Assembly (NCBI GenBank): GCA_040767085.1 | Contig: JAXGPF010000009.1 | Location: forward strand, 128,001-192,000 | Direction of reading: 5' to 3' | Length of the DNA stretch: 64,000 nt | Source: Kiritimatiellia bacterium | GTDB taxonomy: Bacteria; Verrucomicrobiota; Kiritimatiellia; JAAZAB01 | Shown here: piece by piece, positions 38,468 to 48,457 of the stretch | How the letters are laid out: the number at the start of each line of letters is the position of its first letter | Numbering within the stretch: the first letter of the stretch is position 1 | Made by a program: the position numbers and the translations under genes | The notes under the pieces: generated by a model | Told to the model about the DNA's origin: nothing | Databases searched by the model: none | Seen by the model: the letters and a program-made list of their open reading frames with translations, nothing else

Positions 38468-41400
38468 TCCGCGCCTCCGATGATGATGCGGCCGAACTTG
38501 GACGGATCGCTGGATACGCCCTTCTCGCCGCCCCAGAGCATGACGGTTTTAACTTTAGCGCCTTCAACTTCGCCGAATCCTTTTTCGTCCTGGTCGCCCA
38601 GGTGCATGGCGAATCCCATGATCGCGCCGGGCTTGAATGCAAACTCCGGGAAGGCGGCGCGCGGAATTTTGATGACGTACGCATAGCCGTCCGGCAGGAG
38701 TTTAGAGGCATATTCCATCCCGGGAATTTCCATTCCCCGCTTGGCTTTCGACACATGATGGAAAGGCGGCAGGGCCGGGTCCATGCTGGGCGCGAACTTG
38801 ATGTGATAAACACCTTCGGAATAGGTCGGCGTGCCCTGCCCGGCCGGCCCGCGCCCGTCAATGAACAACTCGATGCAGTCGCCCTCGTAAATGTAAATCG
38901 GCTCGGTGCGGGCCAGGTTCATCACCTTGTTGTCCCAAACGCGCACGGCAATATAAAGGTTGGCGTCATCATATTTCACCGCCGCCCGGGCTGACAGGTC
39001 GTTGGTCCCGGCCCAATCCACATGCTGGTTCATCATGTATAACTTGGTGTACGGGATTCCCATGATCACCTGTTCCGGATTGTCAATCGCGGCTTGAAAT
39101 TGAGCCACATCGCCCCACTGCGAGAGATCGCCGTCCACGCGCAGCGGCTCCCGCGCCGGCCATGCGATGGTGCTTAGCCGGACCGGCAGAATTTCCGTCC
39201 GGCCAGCCGCGCCGATGAAAGCGTCCCCGGATGCAAATTCCACCCGCATGACCTGGTTATGCAAAACGCTTTGCGGCACTGCCACTTCGAATTCCAGGTT
39301 TGTGACCGCATCCCCGGCCAGGCGCACGGCGCGCTCTGGAATGGCGGCAAACGGCTCAGGCAGAGCCAAGCGCACGGCGCCTGAAACTTCCCGGCCCAGC
39401 GGGTTATGCACGGAAACCCGCACTCGGGCGGACAGGCCGGGGCAGGCGTGTTCCGCCGGCGCGTAGACGCCCAGCACCGGCCCGCATTCGTCGAGCCGGG
39501 CGATGCCGGACAACAGAACCGGGATATTGGATTGCAGCTTGAACTTGATGACATTGCCATCGCGCGCATGCGGGTACGGATTGGCGTAGTGGTCCCGGAC
39601 CAGCAGGCCGGCGCCGGCCAGCCGCAGGAATATTTCGGCTTCATCCCGATCGGTGAACGCCACCAGCCGGTATTCCGGCGCATCCCCGCCGGCTTGGAAC
39701 AAATAACCCCGCAAATAACCGGCGCCCAGGTCCACCCGGCGCATAAACTTGCAGCCGTTCAGCAGTCCGGTAATATTGGCATAGGCGGCGGACTCCGTCG
39801 AGGGAGTATGCGGAGCGAATTGCAGATCGGAAATCATGCTGCCGCCGATAGACGACCACCACAGGGCGTATTGACAGTCCGCCACCATGTTCAGCGTATG
39901 CCCGCGTACCGCCCGGAATGCGCCGGTGTGCCAGTCCACAAATGAGATGCGGCCGCGCTTGGTGTAAAACTCCGGCATTTCCTTGCCCTTGATGGACTCG
40001 TCAAACTCCGCGGCCGTCATGGGATATCCGTCCGGATGGATGGCCAACCCCAGCAACTGGTAGCAGCCGTATTCCGTGTTGGCCCAGCGCCATGGCCGCG
40101 CCGCCTGCCCCGGGGCGGAGCGATCCTGGAGCGCCTGTTGCAGAAACCGGGCATACGGCTCGAGATTTTTTTCATCGGTGAGCTGGCCCGCATCCGCCCC
40201 GCCCACCCATCCGTAAGGATGGAATGTGTAAACGTCGGCCTTGCCGACCGCCTCTTTGGCAACACCTTGAGCCCAGTCATGATAGCCGGCATAATTGCAG
40301 GCCACCCGGATGGCCGGATCCACGGCATGCAGCTCATCCGCGGTGATGGCCACCAGCCGGCCGTAATGCCGGGGGTCAGAACGCCCGTAGGCTTCGCCGA
40401 AGACTTCATAATCATGCACCTTGCCCCGGTAGCGTTCGCCGAGGGTGCGCACGTATTTCTTCCACAAGGCCATCCCGGCCTCATCCTCCGTATCGGGATA
40501 ATAATACCCCACATAGCCCCGGCTCTGGACACGTTTACGGAACCATTCCGGCGGGTCGTCCAGCATGATGATGGGAATACTGCCGGCGGCCAGCAGGCTG
40601 TTGACCTTCAAATCCAGCCGGTCGAAATACCACTCGCCCTCAGCCGGCTGCAGCGCCGCCCACCCGTCGTAGTGAATCAATCCCCACTTCTGGTAGGTCG
40701 GCGCATTCACCGCCTTGGCGACCGTGAACCCGCTGCGCATCTCCTCACCCGTGCATTCCCGCGGATTAACCGCAATTGTCCGGGCAAATTGAATCTGTAT
40801 CTCCTGCAACACACGGTCTTGATCCATCAGCTTGAACTCGCCCCAGAATAACCCGTTGGCCGCCAGGTCCTCCATCCCGAACGTAATCGCCGTCAATTCC
40901 CCCGCTCCCGCCGCCACCGCCACTTCCTTCTCCAGCACCAGCCGCCGGTCCAAGTCTTTAACCGTCCCGCGCAGCGCCAGCAATTTTTCCGCGGCCAGGG
41001 TGTTCAATACGCCGAAGTTAAACCGCGCCGCCTCGCCCGCGCGAAACGTGGCGTCCACCCGCCCGATATGCGCGGCCATCCGCACAACACCTCCCCCGCC
41101 CTTCACCCACCCCTGCGCCGTCAGCGTCCCTTCCATCCCCGCGTAAAACACCGTGTTGGAATCCACCTCCCAGGCCGCCGGCCGCTCATGCATGGACTTG
41201 ATTTCCGACTCCGTCAGCGCCCGGTCCAGCACCAGCGCCTCGTCCACCAGCGTGCCATGCGGCGAGCGCATGCTCACAAACAAATCCCCCGCCGGCCGCG
41301 CCGGCGCCCCGCCCGCGCCGTATGCTTTCTCGTAAATCTTTTCACCGTCCAGCCAAGTCTGCTCGCGCTCCGGCGTCCAGGTGAACACCGCGTGGTGGAA

Positions 41401-41793
41401 CGCCATGCAAAAATCATTGCTCAGCCAACGCGAGCCCCCGGGATACACCAGGCGCTGCCGCGCCCGGCCCCCAGCATGGCTGATCGCAATCGCCCCGATC
41501 TTCCCGAGCTGCAGCGGCGTCTGCCCGTCATAATGCTCCGACCGGGTCGGCTTGAACCAGCAGGCCATGGTGCCGGATGACGCGTTCGTGCCCGCAAACC
41601 ACGCCGGGTACTCCAGCGCCGGCCCCGTGAACAAACCCAGGCATCGCCCAACCCGCCCCTCCGGATACCAGGCTGCCGCCGGGTCATCGGCGTATTTTTC
41701 CGGGATTTCCACAATCCCGGCGACCCCCGCCGTCCCGCCTCTCAAAACCGCCCACATCACCGCCAATACCAACCGCCATGTGTTTCTTCGCAT
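38464..41793 (-). CDS. Large secreted LamG + clan GH-A (GH39/GH5-like) + CBM9-like protein, paralogue 1
   Basis: GTMACWFKP (LamG); W..LQPAEGEWYF..LD, YEVFGE, FHPY and NTEYG (TIM barrel); VDGDLSQW...YDDANLY...GDCIELFID (CBM9-like). Confidence 0.75.
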   Translation of the reverse strand: MRRNTWRLVLAVMWAVLRGGTAGVAGIVEIPEKYADDPAAAWYPEGRVGRCLGLFTGPALEYPAWFAGTNASSGTMACWFKPTRSEHYDGQTPLQLGKIGAIAISHAGGRARQRLVYPGGSRWLSNDFCMAFHHAVFTWTPEREQTWLDGEKIYEKAYGAGGAPARPAGDLFVSMRSPHGTLVDEALVLDRALTESEIKSMHERPAAWEVDSNTVFYAGMEGTLTAQGWVKGGGGVVRMAAHIGRVDATFRAGEAARFNFGVLNTLAAEKLLALRGTVKDLDRRLVLEKEVAVAAGAGELTAITFGMEDLAANGLFWGEFKLMDQDRVLQEIQIQFARTIAVNPRECTGEEMRSGFTVAKAVNAPTYQKWGLIHYDGWAALQPAEGEWYFDRLDLKVNSLLAAGSIPIIMLDDPPEWFRKRVQSRGYVGYYYPDTEDEAGMALWKKYVRTLGERYRGKVHDYEVFGEAYGRSDPRHYGRLVAITADELHAVDPAIRVACNYAGYHDWAQGVAKEAVGKADVYTFHPYGWVGGADAGQLTDEKNLEPYARFLQQALQDRSAPGQAARPWRWANTEYGCYQLLGLAIHPDGYPMTAAEFDESIKGKEMPEFYTKRGRISFVDWHTGAFRAVRGHTLNMVADCQYALWWSSIGGSMISDLQFAPHTPSTESAAYANITGLLNGCKFMRRVDLGAGYLRGYLFQAGGDAPEYRLVAFTDRDEAEIFLRLAGAGLLVRDHYANPYPHARDGNVIKFKLQSNIPVLLSGIARLDECGPVLGVYAPAEHACPGLSARVRVSVHNPLGREVSGAVRLALPEPFAAIPERAVRLAGDAVTNLEFEVAVPQSVLHNQVMRVEFASGDAFIGAAGRTEILPVRLSTIAWPAREPLRVDGDLSQWGDVAQFQAAIDNPEQVIMGIPYTKLYMMNQHVDWAGTNDLSARAAVKYDDANLYIAVRVWDNKVMNLARTEPIYIYEGDCIELFIDGRGPAGQGTPTYSEGVYHIKFAPSMDPALPPFHHVSKAKRGMEIPGMEYASKLLPDGYAYVIKIPRAAFPEFAFKPGAIMGFAMHLGDQDEKGFGEVEGAKVKTVMLWGGEKGVSSDPSKFGRIIIGGAE

Positions 41794-41839
41794 TTGTTCC
41801 TCCCTCCCTGGTTATGTATGTGAGTGTCGCCGCTCCAAA

Positions 41840-41878
41840 ACACCCACACACTTACACACCCGCACGCTCACACACCCC
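41840..41878. repeat. Short degenerate 8-bp tandem repeat (ACACCCAC-like)
   Basis: ACACCCAC ACACTTAC ACACCCGC ACGCTCAC ACACCC. Confidence 0.45.
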
Positions 41879-44780
41879 CTGCCCCGCTATTACCCTCGCA
41901 AAACAAAGTCAGCCGCATCCGGGCCGTCAAGGGGTCGGCTGTTACTCCCATCGAAACTTCCACCAGGTTTTCACCCGGCTCCAGCCAAAGCCCGCATCCG
42001 GGCAACATGGCGGATTCCACCGCCTCGCCCTGCAAGTTGTAACGCCGGCAGGCGCCGGCATCGTCCAGTTCCACATACCCGCCCGTGCCGATATCCATTG
42101 GTATTTTCACGGAATTTTGCCCAATCCGCAATTCCGGCTGCCGCAGGATTACCGGCGCCAGCGGCAGGGCATGAATCGGACCGACCCGGGCGGTTACCGC
42201 GCCGGCGCCGGGGATATTATTCAGCCAGAGATTAAGGCATTCAATCTGCTTGAAATCAACCTGCTCCCTGAAAAGGCAATACAAGTTCCCGGAATACGGC
42301 CAGCCATAATCTTCCAGCCGCGCGCTTTCCGGCTCAACCAGTTCGACGTACCGCCAACCGGTGAAATCCAGGACAACGTAATGATCGGCGAATCCCGTAA
42401 TATGCCGCGGACTGGTCAGTTGCACATTCAACACCGCTCCGCTGCCGTCGCCTTCCACCCAGAATCCCAATCCCAGCCGATCGCCGGATTCCAACTGCCC
42501 CTCCCGGCTGATGGCCGCCCAATCCGATTGATCGCCGGCCGCGCCGGCCGCGGGCCGGCACAAGTTCAACGGCGGATCAAACTTTTTGCCCACCCGCGTC
42601 CACGCCGGCTGCGGCCCGGGGATGGCGCGCATGCCATGGAAATCGCCCTGCAAGCGCGGCTCCGGCGCGCGGCTCGCGGCAGGCGTGCGCCATGCTCTCA
42701 AACAGCCCAGGCGCGGGCGCACGGGGTCGCCCGTGACTGCGGCGGAAAATTCCGCGGCATATCCCGGCGCGGCGGCGGGCGCGCCGAATTCGTCCGAACG
42801 AGCGAAACCGGCCATGACCAGCGCATTGGCATCCGCATGCGGCATAACGGAAAAAAGCGGCTCGATCCTCAGGCTGACCACCCGCGCACGTCCGTGGTGT
42901 GCAATCCTGCAGGTCGCCGGCCGGCCGGCCGGGGCGCTGAGGACATATTGCGCCCGATGCCGGCGCTGAAAAATCGGCTGGCCATCCGCCCGGCGGACCA
43001 GGTGGAATTCCGCGCCGGGCTGCGCCAATGCCGCGCGGGTTGCCGCGGCGACCGCACCGGACCGCCGCAAGTTTTCATATTCTCTGATGATGCCGGCGGC
43101 GGCTTGATTCGCGGGCCCGGCAAAAAACTTATCCGGACTTAAATCGGGTCCCACCAGCGCCAGGCCGTAATCGTTTGCCAGCGCCTTGCCGCACCAGTAT
43201 GCGACATCTTCCGGAAACATGCGATCGCCCTGGATGCCGGCCCAGCGGGAATCGAGCGTACTCGACCACCAGCCGAGCTGCGCGGGCAGCATGATGCTTT
43301 CCCCCCGGCGGTTGGCCGCCGCGTGGTGGTCCACAAAACGCTGATAATTTTTAGTCGGATAATCCCAGGCGCCGATCCGGGAGCGCACCACCCACAGGTG
43401 ATGGTGAAAAGTGGACATCTCCAGCAGCAGCGGCCGTTGCAGGCGCCGGCAGAATTCATACACGAACCGGGCGCCGTAATGCCAGCTTAACTCCGGATCG
43501 CCCATCCGGTCCTCGCCGTCCAATCCGTCAAAATACGCCATGTCGAATCCGCATGCGTTCACCAGTTCCGCCGCGGCGGCGGCGATTTCCGGGAGCAGGT
43601 CCGAATGGCCATCCGGAACGAAATGCCCCCAGACTTGCGACAACCGGGCAACCGTCGCGCCGGACTGGTGCGGCCGGGCAGCTGTGCCCCATGCGCCCCG
43701 CTGGCATCCCGCAAACGCCCAGGCGCCGTTCTGCCGGACGGCCTGGAATTTGATCAATTCCCCGTCCACCTGGAGCGTCAGGCTGTTGTCATTCCGGGGG
43801 GTCGGACGGGGATTGATGTCCGCGAGGCTTTCCGCCACCGGGATCAGCGCCGCATCGGCGGAAAGCGCCCCGGCCAGATGATAAACCGCATCCTTCGCCA
43901 ATCGCGCATCCGGCCGGGGGGTAATCCAGCGCGAGCGGCCGTCAATCACAAAGGAAAGCGAATGAAACCCGGCCAGGATGCCAGCCGCATGCAGCTTGTC
44001 TATCACGGACTTAAGACTGGCGCGACCACGCGGATAAAATTCGGGATTGACCTCGAAATCGCCATGGCGGTAGGCCCGATACCGGCCGTAAATGTTTAAC
44101 TGGGTGACGCCCAGCGTCCGGCACACGCGAATGTAGTCATCCACGTTCGACTCGGTCACACCGCGATCGAACACGTATGAATCCCGGTTGGCGGGATGAT
44201 CCAGCGCCCATGGCCCGCCCAGGGGCGAGTGCGGCAGTTCCGGCGCGCTGCGCACAACCTCCTGCAGCACTTCCCGCAACACGGGACGCGGGCAGACCAT
44301 GAAGGCGGCCTGCGCGCCCGTGAAATGCAAGGCGCGGAAAGCGCGCGCGGTCAGGCGGTCCTGGTCGCCGGGAAATCCCTCGACTTTCGTCCGGATGTTA
44401 AGCGCCAGGGCGCAGGCGGCCAGGCCTTGCGTTTGCAGTTGCGCCGCTTGCAGCGGAATATCCAGGAACAGGATTTCATCCACGTCCGGCTCGGATACCC
44501 GCCGGACTTCCACCACGAAATAACGCGGATGGACATGGAGCGCCAGCTCGGCGGTGACGCCAGACTCGCCGAATCCGAGTTCAAGGCCGTCCGGTATGGC
44601 GCGCGCGAACGTCGCCGGGTAATGCCGGCCCGCTTTGACGATCGAAGCTGCGGCCGGTTGCCCGGCGCAGACATTGGCGGCGGCCTGGCCGGCGCCGAAA
44701 TAAAGGACGCGCCCATGGCCGTTTATTTGCAGACGCGCCCATGAGTTTTTAAAATCAAGCGAACATAAAGTATTGCCCAT
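41868..44780 (-). CDS. Large uncharacterised TIM-barrel glycoside-hydrolase-like protein
   Basis: ~970 aa; YPRGRASLKSVIDKLHAAGILAGFH and GFDMAYFDGLD resemble GH27/36-type barrels; C-terminal DFTGWRYVEL CBM-like segment. Confidence 0.6.
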   Translation of the reverse strand: MGNTLCSLDFKNSWARLQINGHGRVLYFGAGQAAANVCAGQPAAASIVKAGRHYPATFARAIPDGLELGFGESGVTAELALHVHPRYFVVEVRRVSEPDVDEILFLDIPLQAAQLQTQGLAACALALNIRTKVEGFPGDQDRLTARAFRALHFTGAQAAFMVCPRPVLREVLQEVVRSAPELPHSPLGGPWALDHPANRDSYVFDRGVTESNVDDYIRVCRTLGVTQLNIYGRYRAYRHGDFEVNPEFYPRGRASLKSVIDKLHAAGILAGFHSLSFVIDGRSRWITPRPDARLAKDAVYHLAGALSADAALIPVAESLADINPRPTPRNDNSLTLQVDGELIKFQAVRQNGAWAFAGCQRGAWGTAARPHQSGATVARLSQVWGHFVPDGHSDLLPEIAAAAAELVNACGFDMAYFDGLDGEDRMGDPELSWHYGARFVYEFCRRLQRPLLLEMSTFHHHLWVVRSRIGAWDYPTKNYQRFVDHHAAANRRGESIMLPAQLGWWSSTLDSRWAGIQGDRMFPEDVAYWCGKALANDYGLALVGPDLSPDKFFAGPANQAAAGIIREYENLRRSGAVAAATRAALAQPGAEFHLVRRADGQPIFQRRHRAQYVLSAPAGRPATCRIAHHGRARVVSLRIEPLFSVMPHADANALVMAGFARSDEFGAPAAAPGYAAEFSAAVTGDPVRPRLGCLRAWRTPAASRAPEPRLQGDFHGMRAIPGPQPAWTRVGKKFDPPLNLCRPAAGAAGDQSDWAAISREGQLESGDRLGLGFWVEGDGSGAVLNVQLTSPRHITGFADHYVVLDFTGWRYVELVEPESARLEDYGWPYSGNLYCLFREQVDFKQIECLNLWLNNIPGAGAVTARVGPIHALPLAPVILRQPELRIGQNSVKIPMDIGTGGYVELDDAGACRRYNLQGEAVESAMLPGCGLWLEPGENLVEVSMGVTADPLTARMRLTLFCEGNSGAGGV

Positions 44781-44865
44781 ATTCCTAGCCGCAGTATACG
44801 CCCGGCAGGGGCAGATGAACATTTCAACAAATTCAACAAAACGACGGTTTAATTCAACCTTGCGA

Positions 44866-46170
44866 TTAAAAGCGCGCCGCCGGCCAAGATGGCATACTCC
44901 GGTAAACCTGCCGGCCATATTCCGGCAGATGACCGGGAAGGAAAAACATCCCCCCGCCCCGCCAGCGCTGGCCGCCGGCCAGAAAATTTGAAACCGCCTG
45001 CTGCAGGCTGGTCCGGGCGGGCGCCTCCCCCGGTCGGGCGTCTTCCCGCTGGAAGATGAACCAGAACCCGTCCTGGCCGTTGGACGGCACGGGAAACAGA
45101 TACAACTCGCGTTGGAACAAAACCAAATTTGACGAGGCCGGCAGAATCTCTGCCAGTTGGTTGTTGAAAATCCACGAATTGGACGATATGGCGCGGATGG
45201 GCGCATCCGGAAAACGGTCTTGGAAAAAATCCGCCGCCAAACGGAGGGATTCGGAGCATTTTGCCGGATGCATACCGCCGCCGGCGGGAATATGCATGTC
45301 CAAGGTCCAATCGCCCTTGCCGAAAACCCGTTCCCATGCGGCCAGCGGCAAACGCACTGCGCGTCGCTCCGCCATACCCCGCGGATTTATCGGCGCGCCG
45401 ATGACCGTGCCGCGTTCCTTCCGGAGGGATGACTGCCAGCCGCCCGCGCCCTGATCAGCCGGCCCGCCGACATTGCAATATCCGTCCGCGGTGAACCAGG
45501 CGCCATCCGGCGCCAATGCCAGCACCCGTCCATCCGTGCGGTTGGCGTACACTTCCACGCCGCCGCTGAATTTCTGGCGCACATACTCGAAACGGCCCAG
45601 ACGGTTGACCGTGCCGGTAATGTAATGGCGCAGCCAATGCAACCCCGTGGTAAAAGTGCCCCGTCTGCCGTTGTGCGAATCGCGATATAAGTCTGCGCGC
45701 GTCTTGATCCCACGGCAGGTTTCAGCCGTCATCGTTGCCGGCAAATTCAGCCGCCGATGCGCTTCAATAATCAGTGGCGGAGCGCCCAATGCCAGGAGCA
45801 GGTAAAATAAGCCGGCGGCATTGCCCAGCGTCGAGTTTAAATCGGGCCAGCGCGCCATCCGGCCGCCCGGATAATCAGGCTGGTCATAAAGCAGACGGTA
45901 ACAATGCCCCATCAGGAAACTCAGCGCGGGTGATGCCGCAATCCGCTCCGCCGTTTCCAGCAAGGCCGCCTCGTCCGACGCATCGAAACCGCAGCACCGG
46001 CAACTGTCATGGATGGCGGCCGAATCCAGGCAAGGCGGGGGTAGCGCCGGCCGGGCAGACGGCGCGACTTCCACACTCCGCAGCGCTTCCGCCGACGCCG
46101 AGGCATGCAGCACCCGCAATGACTCGTCCAGCGACATACAAGGCCGGAATTTTTTTGCTGATTTATTCAT
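44866..46170 (-). CDS. DUF5596-like acyltransferase-domain protein
   Basis: RLGRFEY, LDMHIPAGG and SWIFNNQL.EILP.SSNL..FQ. Confidence 0.75.
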   Translation of the reverse strand: MNKSAKKFRPCMSLDESLRVLHASASAEALRSVEVAPSARPALPPPCLDSAAIHDSCRCCGFDASDEAALLETAERIAASPALSFLMGHCYRLLYDQPDYPGGRMARWPDLNSTLGNAAGLFYLLLALGAPPLIIEAHRRLNLPATMTAETCRGIKTRADLYRDSHNGRRGTFTTGLHWLRHYITGTVNRLGRFEYVRQKFSGGVEVYANRTDGRVLALAPDGAWFTADGYCNVGGPADQGAGGWQSSLRKERGTVIGAPINPRGMAERRAVRLPLAAWERVFGKGDWTLDMHIPAGGGMHPAKCSESLRLAADFFQDRFPDAPIRAISSNSWIFNNQLAEILPASSNLVLFQRELYLFPVPSNGQDGFWFIFQREDARPGEAPARTSLQQAVSNFLAGGQRWRGGGMFFLPGHLPEYGRQVYRSMPSWPAARF

Positions 46171-46225
46171 TGCCGGAGGATACAATTTCACGGCTTAATT
46201 GACTCGGCCATTTCTAAACCTTAAC

Positions 46226-47212
46226 ATGCCCCATTCCATTTTTGCTCAAACTCGGCGCCTGCCGGCCAGGCAATACAACTACTTCGACGGCCTGCGGCAT
46301 TTCAACCAGGAACTGCCGGATAACATCATCTGTTTCCGCCGGACCGATAACCTGCGCGCCAATTTCATATCCCGGCATCACCGGTTTGTGCTGGTGGCCA
46401 ATTTATCGACGGATGGGACGGCCATCCTGAACGGCCAAGCCATATCCCTGCCGCAAAATCACGGCCTTTTGATCTTTCCCCACCAGGCGCACTCCTTCCA
46501 GGCGCCGCGACGCCTGAACTGGCTTTACATCACTTTCGAACTGGACCGCCCCAAATGGCTGCAGCCGCTGCACAATACCCCCGCCCCGCTGACGCCGCAA
46601 TGCCTGACGATGCTGGCGGACCTGCTGCAAATCTATCTGCGGCGGCGCGACATCCCCGAACGGGGATTCCGCTGCGCCTTGTCGCTGGCCTGGACGCTCC
46701 ATGCCATGCTGGCGGCAGCCGGCCCAACGGCATCCTCCCAGCCGGCGGCGGACAAAACCAGCCATGAAATGCTGGTGGAAAACATCAACCATTATGTTTA
46801 TGAACATATTGACACCCGCCTGACCATCCCCGTGATTGCCGGCGCCGTCGGCTTGAGCCCCAGCCATTTGCGGGCGTTGTTTCGCAAAAAGCTGAAGACC
46901 AGCCTGGGTGTATATGTGCGCAATATCAGGATTGACAAGGCGGTGAACCTGCTGAACGGCACCGACCGCCTGGTCAAGGAAATCGCCTTCGCCACCGGCT
47001 TCGCCTCCACCGCATCCTTCATCATGACCTTTAAACGGATGGTGGGTGTTACACCCAGCCAGTACCGGCAAGGACTTAACGCGCCGGCCATAAATCCTGC
47101 CAGTCCCCGCGCATATCGCTGGGGATCAGCGCCGCCACCTCGACCGCGTTCCGCTCGGCCATCGCCCGGGTCGCGGCATAGCCCACCGCCTCGGCGGCCA
47201 GCGCCTGCATGA
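46226..47212 (+). CDS. AraC-family transcriptional regulator
   Basis: IAGAVGLSPSHLRALFRK...VKEIAFATGFASTASF...FKR.VGVTPSQYR; 3' end overlaps the convergent gene. Confidence 0.92.
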   Translation: MPHSIFAQTRRLPARQYNYFDGLRHFNQELPDNIICFRRTDNLRANFISRHHRFVLVANLSTDGTAILNGQAISLPQNHGLLIFPHQAHSFQAPRRLNWLYITFELDRPKWLQPLHNTPAPLTPQCLTMLADLLQIYLRRRDIPERGFRCALSLAWTLHAMLAAAGPTASSQPAADKTSHEMLVENINHYVYEHIDTRLTIPVIAGAVGLSPSHLRALFRKKLKTSLGVYVRNIRIDKAVNLLNGTDRLVKEIAFATGFASTASFIMTFKRMVGVTPSQYRQGLNAPAINPASPRAYRWGSAPPPRPRSARPSPGSRHSPPPRRPAPA

Positions 47213-48320
47213 CTGTCGTGCGCGGCTGCTTTATCACGCCTCTGATCAATCCCAGGAAATGACGCGCAACCTCGGCCCCGGCATTGTAATGAATGCGGCC
47301 CAGATAGTCGAATTCCCACGTCCGCACATCATGGGCCGTGCCGTAACGGGGATAAACGGCAATGCGGCCGCGCTTGTGCTGCTCCGGCAGCGAATATGAC
47401 ACCTTCATCACACCCAGCAACCCGGTCACTTCATACTCACGGGTGGAATAACTCGCCGGCGAGAAATAACTGTGGGTATAGGCGGCGATGAGGCCGCGCT
47501 CGCATTCGATCAGGCATGACGCGCTGTCCGGCACGTCAATTTCACGCGAATATACACAGGCATCCGTCCGGTTTTCCTTTTCCATGTCCACCGCCCAGCC
47601 ATTCAAAATCCGCTGGCTGGACACACTTTCCGGACAGTCCATGCGCTCCGGACACCGGGAACATCTCAAATCATCAGGCTTGTCGCCGCCGAATGCGAAC
47701 CGGCCGCCCATGCCTGCCACCCGGATCGGGCGGACGCGCAGCCAATCGAGCATGATGTCAAAGTCATGCGTGGCCTTTTCGATGAACATCCCGCCGCCCC
47801 CGCGCATGGTGCGCCGGAATGTCCGGAACATGGAATTGCCATAGGAACAGTGCTGGATAAAGTTCGCCGAACAAATCCGGCCGATGGCGCCGCCGGCCAG
47901 CAATTCACGCGCCTGCCCGGAAATCGGGCTGTAACGCATGCAATGATCCACCATGATCGGCCCCGCATATTTTTTGGCAAAGCGCGCAACTTCGATGATT
48001 TTGTCCCAGGCCGCCTCAAGCGGCTTTTCGATCAGGATTGGAAACTTGCAGCCTTCCAATTCGCGCAGGCATGCAAGGTGCGCATGGTTCGGCGTGGCGA
48101 TAACCAAACCGTCAATTGCGGTTTGCCCGAGCAGATCGCGGATGGAATCAAACCGCGGCGGCTGGCGTTGGATAAAATCCGATCCAGCTTTATAGGCGGC
48201 ATCATCCGGCTCAACCACGCCGGCGATTTCCGCCATGCCGGCGGACACTGTGAGCAAATCATGCGTCAACCGCTTCCCCATCTGCCCCAATCCGACAACT
48301 CCGAGGTTGATCTTTTTCAT
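47076..48320 (-). CDS. Gfo/Idh/MocA oxidoreductase
   Basis: GVVGLGQMG, IATPNHAH, IEKPL and EKATHDFD. Confidence 0.92.
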   Translation of the reverse strand: MKKINLGVVGLGQMGKRLTHDLLTVSAGMAEIAGVVEPDDAAYKAGSDFIQRQPPRFDSIRDLLGQTAIDGLVIATPNHAHLACLRELEGCKFPILIEKPLEAAWDKIIEVARFAKKYAGPIMVDHCMRYSPISGQARELLAGGAIGRICSANFIQHCSYGNSMFRTFRRTMRGGGGMFIEKATHDFDIMLDWLRVRPIRVAGMGGRFAFGGDKPDDLRCSRCPERMDCPESVSSQRILNGWAVDMEKENRTDACVYSREIDVPDSASCLIECERGLIAAYTHSYFSPASYSTREYEVTGLLGVMKVSYSLPEQHKRGRIAVYPRYGTAHDVRTWEFDYLGRIHYNAGAEVARHFLGLIRGVIKQPRTTVMQALAAEAVGYAATRAMAERNAVEVAALIPSDMRGDWQDLWPAR

Positions 48321-48457
48321 ATACTTTTTCCACAAATGCTGGCGCAAGCCAGGAGCCTAAATATAACAGCGTTTATTTCGTCATTCGTCATTATTTTATC
48401 TCTCGCATATTATGTGGCGCAAAAATGCTGGTCCAGCGCAGCGGGATAAAGTCCTCT

